A stretch of DNA of 29,660 nucleotides. Source: a virus. Taxonomy: Duplodnaviria; Caudoviricetes. The notes under the pieces were generated by a model. That model was not told the origin of the DNA and did no database searches. It saw only the letters and a list, made by a program, of their open reading frames with translations. The stretch is taken from the IMG/VR virus record IMGVR_UViG_3300025296_000087, positions 1 through 29,660 of that record. One strand, written 5' to 3'. This document shows, in pieces, positions 8,406 through 17,037 of the stretch (the first letter of the stretch is position 1; each line of letters begins with the position of its first letter). The translations under genes and the position numbers were made by a program.

Positions 8406-8954
8406 CTATTTTATCAATCCATAAGACGTGAACTGTGCCGACGCAATAGACCCAGAACCCATCTTAAAACGGAACCCCGTAATTGCACCTACACCTACTG
8501 TAGTCCCACCGCCTCCAATAATACCTTCTCCTCTACTAGCAGACTGTTCTGCCTGCGACCCAATCCAACTTACATGTTTAGTATAGGTTGTATCATCAGG
8601 ATTGTGAAAAGTAAATTCAAGGTTGGTTGACTCTCCTGCTCCATCTACTCCTTGGTTTTGGTGTAGCACAATAAAATCTGTGTCAATTGCACCAGAACTT
8701 GAAATCCCACTACCAGAATATCTTGAATGTTGATAATGATAATTGTCTCCTTCATCATAAGAACCGGCACTCTTCAGTTGCAATTTCACCGACTGACCAT
8801 CTGAGGTTCCACGTAAATTGGAAACATAAAGCTTATAAACATCATAAGTAGAATCCCATCCATGTTCAATCTCAACTGGGTCAGCATTTGAACTAATAGT
8901 AGTGCTTCCAATTTTGACCCACCCAGTCACATCACCCGCTGTATATAAAGCCAT
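8406..8954 (-). CDS. Tail fibre tip / receptor-binding-associated protein
   Basis: Beta-rich 182 aa (STYDVYKL...AITGFRF...YGL), coupled to the fibre gene by TAATG. Confidence 0.6.
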   Translation of the reverse strand: MALYTAGDVTGWVKIGSTTISSNADPVEIEHGWDSTYDVYKLYVSNLRGTSDGQSVKLQLKSAGSYDEGDNYHYQHSRYSGSGISSSGAIDTDFIVLHQNQGVDGAGESTNLEFTFHNPDDTTYTKHVSWIGSQAEQSASRGEGIIGGGGTTVGVGAITGFRFKMGSGSIASAQFTSYGLIK

Positions 8955-10972
8955 TACTCTATCTCCTCTAATTTAAATTTATATTTCTTATCTGTATTTC
9001 TATTGATAAGAAACAGATTGTCAGAACCCTCTTGAATTGTCCAACTTCCAGAAGTTCCGTCAACTTCATTCCCGTCCCCTCTGGTGTTGTTGAGGTTCAA
9101 GTCACCTGTATAAATGTTCCGCCATTGATAAGAAGCACTACCCAAATCTTGTCCATCATCTGTTGCTGGTAAAACGTGACCCGCCACAGTTAGAACCGAT
9201 GCCGTACCATTACAAATGGTAACATCTATTTCATCTTCTGCTGAACCATCAGAAAGGATAAGACCATCATTCATTTCGCCATCGTGTGAGGCAACACCCA
9301 AAGTCAGCTTCCCACCTTCTGCACCATTGGAAGCATCAGCGACTTCAGCCAATATTTTGGCAAAAGCTATGTTGTCTTGGTTGTCATCATCACCATAAAA
9401 TTCTATTGTACCACAATCATCTCCATCAGCACCTGCCGCACCTTTGTCCATAACAAACCTAAGTGTAGGTGCCGTTGTATCATTAGTGGTATTTTTTATA
9501 ATAACGAGAGGTTTGGCTGAAGTACTAGATGCAAATGTGTGTGCTGGCCCATCAATAGTAACTGCCGTAGCGGCATTGATGTCAACAGTTGGTGCGGTTA
9601 TATCTAATGTAGTTCCAGCATTTACCTCTAGGTGCCCATTTGCTGAAGCATAAATTTCTTCACCACCACCGATATCGTGAAACTTTAACTTAGTTGTAAG
9701 AAGAAGCCCCAACTCATCCTCTGATGCGTCATAATGCAATCCTTCATTTGTTGTTGCACTATATACTCTTACATCGGCTCCAGTATCATCAACACCTACG
9801 GTTACGCCCGAGGTGCTCAACGGAGCAAGTGTAATACCACCAGCAGTGGATACTAGATTGATTGCTGATGCAGTATTGCCAGCATCATTCTGCAAAAGAA
9901 TGGTTTGACTTGTACCATCGTCAGCGTGAAGTTTTATACATCCAGCCGCATCTTCGTTGGCTGTTACAATAGCACGTCCGCCTTCAGCCCATAAGTCCTT
10001 ACCATCCGCCCAACTAAGTCCTAGACCACCTGCATCTGATACAAGCAAAATAGAACCAGCAGCGGCAGCCCCATCAACTGTACTTTGGTCATTATGTACG
10101 ACCATTGTAGCTGATGTTCCACCATCCGCTGTAAGTAATACAGCATTTGCAGCATCTACATTACCTTTAATATTGACACCACCAGCAGAAGCAAGAAGCT
10201 GAATAGCTGCAGAACCCTCAGTAGCACCAGTACCCTCATCATTAATAAGTGTGATTGCTTGAGAAGTACCAGCATCTGCGTGAAGCTTGATACAATCAGC
10301 TGCGTTTTCATTTGCCGTAACGACAAACCTGCCACCTTCAGCCCATAAATCTTTTCCGTCTGCCCACGCCAAACCTATACCACCAGCTACAGCACTCAAT
10401 AGAATTGAACCTGCGGCATCTGAACCGTCTGTAGTTCCAGCCGTATTAATTAATGAAGCTAATTCACTCCCAGCCGTTCCGTGGGGTGAAAGCAATATAG
10501 CAGAAGCCCCACTCTGTCCAAGTGTAAGCGTCTGACCGTCTGCAACAGTAAATGTACCGTTACCTGCCGATACGGCTATATCAAAATCTCCCGCTGAGGC
10601 AACATCCATTCCTGTGCCATTATCGTGAGTAAAGGTAACATCGCTACCTGCCCCGAATGTTAAAACAGACGCATCACTGTTAAGAGTTAAATCGTCCGTA
10701 ACAACTCCATCGCCAGTAATAGTAACCGTAGGGCTACTTGAATTAACTGTTAAAATAGCCGTACCATCATTTTGCGAAACTTCAAATGCAGTTGTACTAT
10801 CCGCACCAGAAGGCAAAATCTCCACCTTATCTCTTGCCAATTTCAAAGCAGATGTAATGCCATTGTCACCATCTTTAATTGCTTGCAGACTGGTCGTTAG
10901 TCCGCCATCGGCATCACAATGTAGCAATTGCTCGTAACTCGAAGCAATCGTTTGTCCCGTTAAAGCTGCCAT
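8954..10972 (-). CDS. Tail fibre protein
   Basis: 672 aa, G/A/D/T-rich, with an internal ~60 aa duplication and C-terminal DLGS..QWRNIYTGDLNL...GSWTIQEG..LFLIN motif. Confidence 0.8.
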   Translation of the reverse strand: MAALTGQTIASSYEQLLHCDADGGLTTSLQAIKDGDNGITSALKLARDKVEILPSGADSTTAFEVSQNDGTAILTVNSSSPTVTITGDGVVTDDLTLNSDASVLTFGAGSDVTFTHDNGTGMDVASAGDFDIAVSAGNGTFTVADGQTLTLGQSGASAILLSPHGTAGSELASLINTAGTTDGSDAAGSILLSAVAGGIGLAWADGKDLWAEGGRFVVTANENAADCIKLHADAGTSQAITLINDEGTGATEGSAAIQLLASAGGVNIKGNVDAANAVLLTADGGTSATMVVHNDQSTVDGAAAAGSILLVSDAGGLGLSWADGKDLWAEGGRAIVTANEDAAGCIKLHADDGTSQTILLQNDAGNTASAINLVSTAGGITLAPLSTSGVTVGVDDTGADVRVYSATTNEGLHYDASEDELGLLLTTKLKFHDIGGGEEIYASANGHLEVNAGTTLDITAPTVDINAATAVTIDGPAHTFASSTSAKPLVIIKNTTNDTTAPTLRFVMDKGAAGADGDDCGTIEFYGDDDNQDNIAFAKILAEVADASNGAEGGKLTLGVASHDGEMNDGLILSDGSAEDEIDVTICNGTASVLTVAGHVLPATDDGQDLGSASYQWRNIYTGDLNLNNTRGDGNEVDGTSGSWTIQEGSDNLFLINRNTDKKYKFKLEEIE

Positions 10973-11007
10973 AATTTATTTCTCCTTTTTAGTTTCCTTG
11001 TTAAATC

Positions 11008-11046
11008 TCGCAACTTACCGCCCGAAACTACTTGACATGGTTGCGA
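11008..11046 (-). promoter_or_regulatory. Conserved hairpin element, copy A (putative structured RNA / operator)
   Basis: Transcript UCGCAAC-CAUGUCAAGUAGUUUCGGGCGGUAA-GUUGCGA; 7-bp stem upstream of the fibre gene RBS. Confidence 0.6.
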
Positions 11047-11054
11047 TAAAATTT

Positions 11055-11192
11055 TTAAACAATGTCTTCCCATTTTCTTTGTTCTCTTTCCCATACATCA
11101 TTAAGAGATATAGAGTTCCATAAATCTCTTGCAAGGCGTGCCATTTGATGCACTACCTGTACAATGCCTAATCTTGTACCTAAGCGTGACAC
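11055..11192 (-). CDS. Small hypothetical protein (45 aa, not in ORF track)
   Basis: GTG start 3 nt after the upstream stop: MSRLGTRLGIVQVVHQMARLARDLWNSISLNDVWEREQRKWEDIV. Confidence 0.5.
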   Translation of the reverse strand: MSRLGTRLGIVQVVHQMARLARDLWNSISLNDVWEREQRKWEDIV

Positions 11193-11195
11193 GAT

Positions 11196-11525
11196 TTAGG
11201 GTCCTAAGTATAGAAATGCAGAACCAGAATCAAATGCTACCGTAGTCCATCTACCGTAAATTGTCATACCCTGTGGCATGGTAGTCTGATTAATAGCATC
11301 ACTGTTTGTGCCAGGACCGCCCTGTGCGTCTGTAGGCCAATCCGAATCAGCCGTTGTAGCATCACTGGAATCAAACAGGGTGTCCTCTGTAAATTGAATT
11401 GCTATTACTTTCATATTACCTGGTGGCGTATATGTAGAAGTATCTGCTAAGAATGCAACTCCCGCCTGCCCTATTGTAATATTGTTTGTCTCTACGACTG
11501 TATATTTATGAATATTTGCTGCCAT
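11196..11525 (-). CDS. Virion structural protein (hypothetical)
   Basis: AAGGAG RBS; beta-rich, GMTIYGRWT motif. Confidence 0.65.
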   Translation of the reverse strand: MAANIHKYTVVETNNITIGQAGVAFLADTSTYTPPGNMKVIAIQFTEDTLFDSSDATTADSDWPTDAQGGPGTNSDAINQTTMPQGMTIYGRWTTVAFDSGSAFLYLGP

Positions 11526-11545
11526 TATTATCTCCTTGTTTTATG

Positions 11546-11581
11546 TATGCCTTACTGCCCGAGAATATTGACATGGGCATA
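11546..11581 (-). promoter_or_regulatory. Conserved hairpin element, copy B
   Basis: Transcript UAUGCC-CAUGUCAAUAUUCUCGGGCAGUAA-GGCAUA; same core as copy A with a different 6-bp stem. Confidence 0.6.
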
Positions 11582-11959
11582 TCATCTTAATGGGTAAGGC
11601 GCAATTTGCCTTAACCCGCCTATCTTATCTCTACCTGCGTACTCACTTGTCGTGCGTACCCATCTTCTTCTATATTTTTCTCCCTGCATCATAGATGCTT
11701 CATCCATCCTGTCATCAAAAAGCTTCCACTTGATATAGTCAACAAGTGCAGGATGAAGGGTATCATCACAGTCAGGCACATCTGAAAGACTAACAATCTC
11801 ATCAGGCTGTGCACTATATTCAATTAAAAGACCATCTTCCTGTGATTCGTCAATAGCCTCGTATAAATTTTTTGAAGATGTATTTTTCTGCGTAATAAGA
11901 GCAAGCCTATCGCCAACTATATAATAAGCTATTTCGTTTTCTGGATAGCTATATGCCAT
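11582..11959 (-). CDS. Head-tail adaptor-like protein (C-terminal-half type)
   Basis: YYIVGDRL...IEYSAQP...PDCDDTLHPALVDY pattern resembling podovirus adaptor C-termini. Confidence 0.55.
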   Translation of the reverse strand: MAYSYPENEIAYYIVGDRLALITQKNTSSKNLYEAIDESQEDGLLIEYSAQPDEIVSLSDVPDCDDTLHPALVDYIKWKLFDDRMDEASMMQGEKYRRRWVRTTSEYAGRDKIGGLRQIAPYPLR

Positions 11960-12255
11960 TATTTAACATCCGTATTTATTAATCTGTGAGAATCCAATAG
12001 CCTTGGAATCCTTCTATATGTCCCATCACTATTTTTGTAATAAACATTATAAATTTTATCTATTTTTAGGTCCGAATTTGTATCCCCAATATTATACCAT
12101 CTCTGGTCTGTTATGGTGTTCATCTTTGAATATTTCCTAGATACCTTATACTTCCTTAAATCAAGAAGTGCATCGTTAACAATCGCCTTTACATATGTTT
12201 CGCCAGCATTAGGATGTACCTTTCGAACCCTTGAAAGTATTTTCTTGAATGTCAT
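11959..12255 (-). CDS. Head-tail adaptor-like protein (N-terminal-half type)
   Basis: MTFKKILSRVR...IVNDALLDL helical start resembling adaptor N-termini. Confidence 0.5.
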   Translation of the reverse strand: MTFKKILSRVRKVHPNAGETYVKAIVNDALLDLRKYKVSRKYSKMNTITDQRWYNIGDTNSDLKIDKIYNVYYKNSDGTYRRIPRLLDSHRLINTDVK

Positions 12256-12897
12256 TTATGCTCCTGCCGGTGCTCCCGTCATTGCCTGTACTGCTTTTGC
12301 ATATTGCCCTACAAGCCAGTTATACTGGTCCTTTCTAGCATTGCCGAGTTCAATGTCTTCGTCAACCATAATATCTGTTATAATTCTTTCCATTCCCTTC
12401 ACCGCAGCATACAATACAACAATGTATTCAAGCTCGTCTGGGAATGTAGCAATAGCACTATCGCCATAGGCTACGGCTGGATACTGAACTTCAGAATATT
12501 TACCTACCGCAGAAGAGGATGATGGTAATATATTAAGAAAATTACTCTCAATATAATACACAGGGTCTGTTGCTGTAGCATAGTCCATATCATCTGAGTC
12601 AGATACACGTCCTTTAAGCTTTGCTGGAATCAATCTACAGGGTTGGTCAATCGTTCCATCGCTTCGCCTTACATTAAAAACCTTGCCTGTATTCAATGTA
12701 GACGCAGAACTTTCACTTCCAGGGGCTTGTGGAGTAAGTGTTACCTCGGAAGAACACAACCTTAAAAGATTGGGTGGCATAAGGTTTATAACCTCTTTTG
12801 CACCATCTGTAAGAAAGGATGTAATTGCTGTAGTATCAGAAGAACTACCGCCTACAGTACCGACCATATCTTCAATTTGCACTTGGAACGTAGCCAT
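12256..12897 (-). CDS. Head-tail adaptor / connector protein
   Basis: FLTDGAKEVIN...PVYYIE...ILP...FPDELEYIVVLYAA pattern and gene position. Confidence 0.6.
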   Translation of the reverse strand: MATFQVQIEDMVGTVGGSSSDTTAITSFLTDGAKEVINLMPPNLLRLCSSEVTLTPQAPGSESSASTLNTGKVFNVRRSDGTIDQPCRLIPAKLKGRVSDSDDMDYATATDPVYYIESNFLNILPSSSSAVGKYSEVQYPAVAYGDSAIATFPDELEYIVVLYAAVKGMERIITDIMVDEDIELGNARKDQYNWLVGQYAKAVQAMTGAPAGA

Positions 12898-13265
12898 TAC
12901 GCCTCAATTAGTATCATCTGCAAATTTTCTGCAGAAGATGCAAGAGCATAAATAGCATCTACACCAGAGCGAAACATTGCGAACTCTCCTGGTTTTAATG
13001 CTACCATTGATGTCGTGGAAGACATATCAGAATCCTCATCAATATATATTGTACCGCTAGTACCGAGGTTCTTGAGAAATACATATCCTACATCACTCAA
13101 GTCTGTAGAATTAAATGTTAGCGTTTCTGCACTTGTTCCGATAACCTGTACACCCATATGCATAGCATCGCCAGATACATCAACAAATGTTGAATCGTGC
13201 TTTGAATGCTTTACATCATTTTTGCTGTATTCAAGCTGTGCTTCTATTCTTAGTTCGTTAGCCAT
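12897..13265 (-). CDS. Structural hypothetical protein
   Basis: 122 aa, beta-rich (YVFLKNLG...LKPGEFAMF). Confidence 0.6.
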   Translation of the reverse strand: MANELRIEAQLEYSKNDVKHSKHDSTFVDVSGDAMHMGVQVIGTSAETLTFNSTDLSDVGYVFLKNLGTSGTIYIDEDSDMSSTTSMVALKPGEFAMFRSGVDAIYALASSAENLQMILIEA

Positions 13266-13286
13266 TATTCTTTTTCCGCCTTTTGT

Positions 13287-13397
13287 TTAGCAGCGCATCC
13301 CCTTTTTCTTGCCTTTCTTTTTTTTCTTTTTCTTCTTCTTTTTCTTGGTAGGCGGTCTGCCTTTCTTGCGTCCGTACGTTCCTTTGCCTTTAGGCAT
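13287..13397 (-). CDS. Very basic 36-aa peptide (protamine/AT-hook-like; not in ORF track)
   Basis: MPKGKGTYGRKKGRPPT-K11-GKKKGMRC; the lysine run is encoded by mixed AAA/AAG codons. Confidence 0.6.
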   Translation of the reverse strand: MPKGKGTYGRKKGRPPTKKKKKKKKKKKGKKKGMRC

Positions 13398-13400
13398 AGT

Positions 13401-13598
13401 TCAAGCCCCCCATCTTCTTTGGTTCATTTCAGAAATATTATCATCTATGGTTTGGCTCCTGAACTCTATATCAGTCCGCTTTCCACGTTCTGTCCTTACA
13501 AATCCATAAGGAGATGAAACCTTTTTTACTTCCTCACATTTGGGACAAGATTCTCCCTTGTAGTACCCGTGGGAAGAACAAATTCCAGATATCTTCAA
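13401..13598 (-). CDS. Small zinc-finger-like protein
   Basis: CxxH...CxxC pattern; TTG start overlapping the upstream stop. Confidence 0.5.
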   Translation of the reverse strand: MKISGICSSHGYYKGESCPKCEEVKKVSSPYGFVRTERGKRTDIEFRSQTIDDNISEMNQRRWGA

Positions 13599-14134
13599 GC
13601 GTATCTTCCTGCGCCCATCATAGGAGGAGCACCCATAGGCATTCTACCTCTAGGTCCCTGTCCCTGCTGCATCATAGCCAATAAAGCCATCATCTGAAGC
13701 TGGTTCGGACCTCCTGCAGCACCTGCACCACCTACTCCTGGCATTCCCATCCCAGCACCCATCATAGGGGGTGGAGCCATAGGCATTCCCATTCCTGCGC
13801 CCATCATAGGAGGCGGAGCCATCGGTGCCCCCGCTGGCATTCTGCCTCTGGGTCGCCCGCGTGCCTGAGCGAGTTTCCCTTTCACTCCTGCGGCATTCGG
13901 ACTTCCCGTTGGTGCCCTTGGGGGAGCCTGTGTGCCCCTACGTGGACCAACCTGTGGCATAAGAGCCGCCATTAAAGAACTTCCACTAGGAAGTCTTTGC
14001 CCAGCACCTGTAATTGGTGCACTCTGTGCTTCCATATATCCTTGCTTGTCTCCAAAAACTTCCAAAATCTGATTCATCTTCATAGACTGAACCATTGGAT
14101 TGTCCTGAACAGGACCTGTACCACCATACGGCAT
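13595..14134 (-). CDS. Pro/Met/Gly-rich low-complexity protein
   Basis: Repeated PMAPPPMMGAGMGM units and GPRGRMP motifs; GAGG RBS. Confidence 0.65.
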   Translation of the reverse strand: MPYGGTGPVQDNPMVQSMKMNQILEVFGDKQGYMEAQSAPITGAGQRLPSGSSLMAALMPQVGPRRGTQAPPRAPTGSPNAAGVKGKLAQARGRPRGRMPAGAPMAPPPMMGAGMGMPMAPPPMMGAGMGMPGVGGAGAAGGPNQLQMMALLAMMQQGQGPRGRMPMGAPPMMGAGRYA

Positions 14135-14136
14135 AA

Positions 14137-14229
14137 CTATTCCTCTCTAGTTTCGTACCACTTGGGACGATTTCCCAAGAAATACAGTATTAACAAAATT
14201 ACTAATATTATCCATAGTAAACATTTCAC
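14137..14229 (-). CDS. Possible 30-aa single-TM peptide
   Basis: GTG start, MKCLLWIILVILLILYFLGNRPKWYETREE, stop 2 nt before the next ATG; weak RBS. Confidence 0.3.
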   Translation of the reverse strand: MKCLLWIILVILLILYFLGNRPKWYETREE

Positions 14230-14274
14230 CTAGCGGTGGAAAGAAGTATAACCCTCTAACCACCTTGTTTTTTA

Positions 14275-14302
14275 GGGGAAAGTCCTTTATACGACCTTCC
14301 CC
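14275..14302 (-). terminator. GC-rich hairpin downstream of the capsid genes
   Basis: Minus-strand GGGGAAGGTC-GTATAAAG-GACTTTCCCC; no U-tract, so a terminator function is uncertain. Confidence 0.35.
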
Positions 14303-14340
14303 CACAGCAAACAAAAACTGCTAATCCTTATGAATTCGGA

Positions 14341-14787
14341 TTATGATGTGGTAACTGCGCCATCGGCAGCTGACGAACCAAACATCCAATATGCTCCAGC
14401 ACTGAAGGACATTTCAATGAAATCCCCTTTATGTGCCGAAGTGCCAATAATGACATTGGATACACCAGTTGCGGCTGAAGAACCTGGACTGTCATCGCCA
14501 GTGTCAACTTCAGTTTCGTTGACCTTGCCGAAAACAATCGCACTGCCAGCGGCAATCGTAATTGCTGCTGTCGGTGTATGTTCTTCTACCCAGAACTTGT
14601 AAGTGGTCCCATCTAGACCTGTAGTAGCGGTGGGAAGCGTAATTGTATACGCACCACCAGCGGAATCTAACCTAAAGGTTTTTCCGCTATCCGTCTCAGC
14701 GTCTAGAGTTCTCGCAGCCTTGATTTGTTCCCAAGGCTGAAGAAATCCACCAGCTCCACTACTTTTACTAATATAGTCACTACGCAT
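14341..14787 (-). CDS. Minor capsid / decoration-like protein
   Basis: Follows the MCP; DSGKTF.L...YTITLP....G..YKF beta-rich motif. Confidence 0.6.
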   Translation of the reverse strand: MRSDYISKSSGAGGFLQPWEQIKAARTLDAETDSGKTFRLDSAGGAYTITLPTATTGLDGTTYKFWVEEHTPTAAITIAAGSAIVFGKVNETEVDTGDDSPGSSAATGVSNVIIGTSAHKGDFIEMSFSAGAYWMFGSSAADGAVTTS

Positions 14788-14797
14788 GATTCATCCC

Positions 14798-16183
14798 CTA
14801 CAGACTTTCGACGTTGTAAAGAGCATGGGTTTCAGGAAGCGTAACTTCCAGACCCGCTTCGGTCAGAATCATATCTTTCCGAAGGTCTTCGTCGTCGTTC
14901 TGTACGTTAGTAATAACATGAGTATCACGATTGACACCGTTTCCGACAAGCGGACGGTAGGCAACGTTTTTCATATCAGCCATAAGCATGAAGCCGCTAG
15001 CAATACCACGGAAGAGTGGCTCCTTAACCAGATTCATTCGGCCATGGATACTATCAATAACCATGATTGAATGTCCAAAAGTACCCTGTCTTTCTTCGTA
15101 GTTCCAACGAAATGGAGTAACAGCTGTAGTACCAGCCTGTAAAGACTCGTACAAGAAGTTCCCATCTCCTAGTTTATTAAAGAAAGAAACAACGGGCAAT
15201 CCGCAAAGAACCAATCTGTCGCCACTGCCACCGCGAGCGGGGTCAAAAATAACCTCTAAGTCAGAAAGCATTCTGTCATAGGTTAATTCTGCCTGTGCTA
15301 CGCTTCTGTAATATCCAGCACCTGATGTGTGGGATAAATCAGAATCGTCGGTAGTCGGATTCGTGTTTTTTACAATATGACCAACAAGGCCTTCAGTGTA
15401 CTGAACGCCAGTTACACGAGCTTTCTGCCCAAAGAGCAAAGCCCGTTCAATGTCGACCTTATGTTCACGAAGCTTCTCAGCCCAAATACGCTGAAATTCA
15501 TCAGAGTATCCCCTGAACCGAGTAGCTAGTGCAGTTCCTGACAATTCCGCAGCAGTTTTGAAAATCTGAGTATAACCGTAGTTATCCTCGATTTCCGCAG
15601 ACCACACATCAGGTGCGCCGGAACCCTCAGCAAATGAGGTGCCGATAACCTGACATTGGTCGTTATCTGCTAATGTCGCATAGCCAGTTACGTTGGAGTT
15701 TGATACTTCAACACATTTACCTGTGAAGCTTGTATCAGCACCATTGTCTGACGGAGACGACTCAATTCGGAATATTGCCTGTGACCATCCAGCTGTACCA
15801 TCAACCGTATTAACGGAGAAGACCATGCCCTTCACAAGCCAGTCAATACTGCCTGGAGAAGAAGCTGCGTCATCAACCGTAAAAGCATAACTGGTTCCAG
15901 CAGTAACAGCACCCGTTGGGGCACCATCAATATAGAAATTTCTGGAAGTCCAATTAATCTTAGTACGATTTTCTAGATACCTGAAGACTGAATCATCGGT
16001 AGGAACTTTGGCTACTTTGCTCAGGTAGACGAAAAATGGAGACTCTTCTGGAGCTAATTCAGCTACCCTGTCTCCAAAGTTATATAGTCGTCTACGGTCT
16101 GGAGCTTGTCCGACATCGGCACTCGTCGCAGCAACAGTTATGTCACTTGATTTAAGTGTGCCAGTGTTATAAGTAACAGCCAT
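14798..16183 (-). CDS. Major capsid protein (HK97 fold, SU10/DUF5309-like)
   Basis: 461 aa after the scaffold; ESPFF..L, NYGYTQIFKT, EHKVDIERALLFG, ILTEAGLEV motifs; strong AGGAGG RBS. Confidence 0.85.
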   Translation of the reverse strand: MAVTYNTGTLKSSDITVAATSADVGQAPDRRRLYNFGDRVAELAPEESPFFVYLSKVAKVPTDDSVFRYLENRTKINWTSRNFYIDGAPTGAVTAGTSYAFTVDDAASSPGSIDWLVKGMVFSVNTVDGTAGWSQAIFRIESSPSDNGADTSFTGKCVEVSNSNVTGYATLADNDQCQVIGTSFAEGSGAPDVWSAEIEDNYGYTQIFKTAAELSGTALATRFRGYSDEFQRIWAEKLREHKVDIERALLFGQKARVTGVQYTEGLVGHIVKNTNPTTDDSDLSHTSGAGYYRSVAQAELTYDRMLSDLEVIFDPARGGSGDRLVLCGLPVVSFFNKLGDGNFLYESLQAGTTAVTPFRWNYEERQGTFGHSIMVIDSIHGRMNLVKEPLFRGIASGFMLMADMKNVAYRPLVGNGVNRDTHVITNVQNDDEDLRKDMILTEAGLEVTLPETHALYNVESL

Positions 16184-16193
16184 AGTTTACCTC

Positions 16194-16964
16194 CTAAGGT
16201 AATCTACCTGCATTCGAACTCGCCATCACTGCATCCCAGACTTTATCCTCATCGCTCTTTCGAGCGGGGGCTTTGCCTTGCACAGCTCCGGCGGTCCTGG
16301 GAGCTGACTTTCCAGCTCGGACTGCATCCAGTGAAGAAGAAGGCTTCGACCCATCCTTTTTCTTTGTTTTCACGAATACGTCAACAAGTGCGTCAAGTGA
16401 CAATTGCTCCTTCGGTTGCGCGTAAAATTGAAGAAACTCTTGTGTATCTTGTTCACCAAGCTTATAAACATTTTTTAGTTCGCTCACAAGATTGTTTACA
16501 AACACCTGTTCCTGGAGTGCTCCCATGTGTTGTTGTATAGCCTGATTTACCTTCCCATGTTCCTGTTGTTCACGAAACCTGAAAGAAGGGGAATCGGGCT
16601 TGAAATACGCATCCCAAGGATTAAAATCCTCCTCAGAAACAGCATCTTGGCTAGCACTTACTTGTGAATTCAGATTTTCCTGTAATAGTTTTATCAAATC
16701 TGGTCTACTCTCCAAAAGGTCAACTAAGGGCTGATATTGGTTCCAACTAGTCAACTCGGCTTCCGCCTTGTCTTTCATAGATTGGAACTTTTTAGCCTCG
16801 GTTTCCCAGTCAACGCCACTTGCGTCCGAAGTTAGCTCTTCAGCTTCTTCTGCGGGGGATTCGTAGTCCTCGCCCACAGATTCATCGCTGTCCGCAAATA
16901 AATCAACCGTATCCTGTTCCTGTGAATCGATTACCTCATCGATTACGTTTTCTTCTGTTGCCAT
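16194..16964 (-). CDS. Scaffolding protein
   Basis: Acidic N-terminus and helical body, located between portal and MCP; AGGAGG RBS. Confidence 0.75.
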   Translation of the reverse strand: MATEENVIDEVIDSQEQDTVDLFADSDESVGEDYESPAEEAEELTSDASGVDWETEAKKFQSMKDKAEAELTSWNQYQPLVDLLESRPDLIKLLQENLNSQVSASQDAVSEEDFNPWDAYFKPDSPSFRFREQQEHGKVNQAIQQHMGALQEQVFVNNLVSELKNVYKLGEQDTQEFLQFYAQPKEQLSLDALVDVFVKTKKKDGSKPSSSLDAVRAGKSAPRTAGAVQGKAPARKSDEDKVWDAVMASSNAGRLP

Positions 16965-17037
16965 AACCTACCTCCTGATGTCTTCAAACCGTGGACTGGA
17001 CTCCTGTGGAATCTCCCTGTCGAAGCGTCACCATATG

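Noticed and set aside
11032-11573. TTGACA on the + strand within both hairpin elements as antisense promoters
   Set aside because: No convincing -10 at 16-18 nt spacing; the compensatory stems favour an RNA element.
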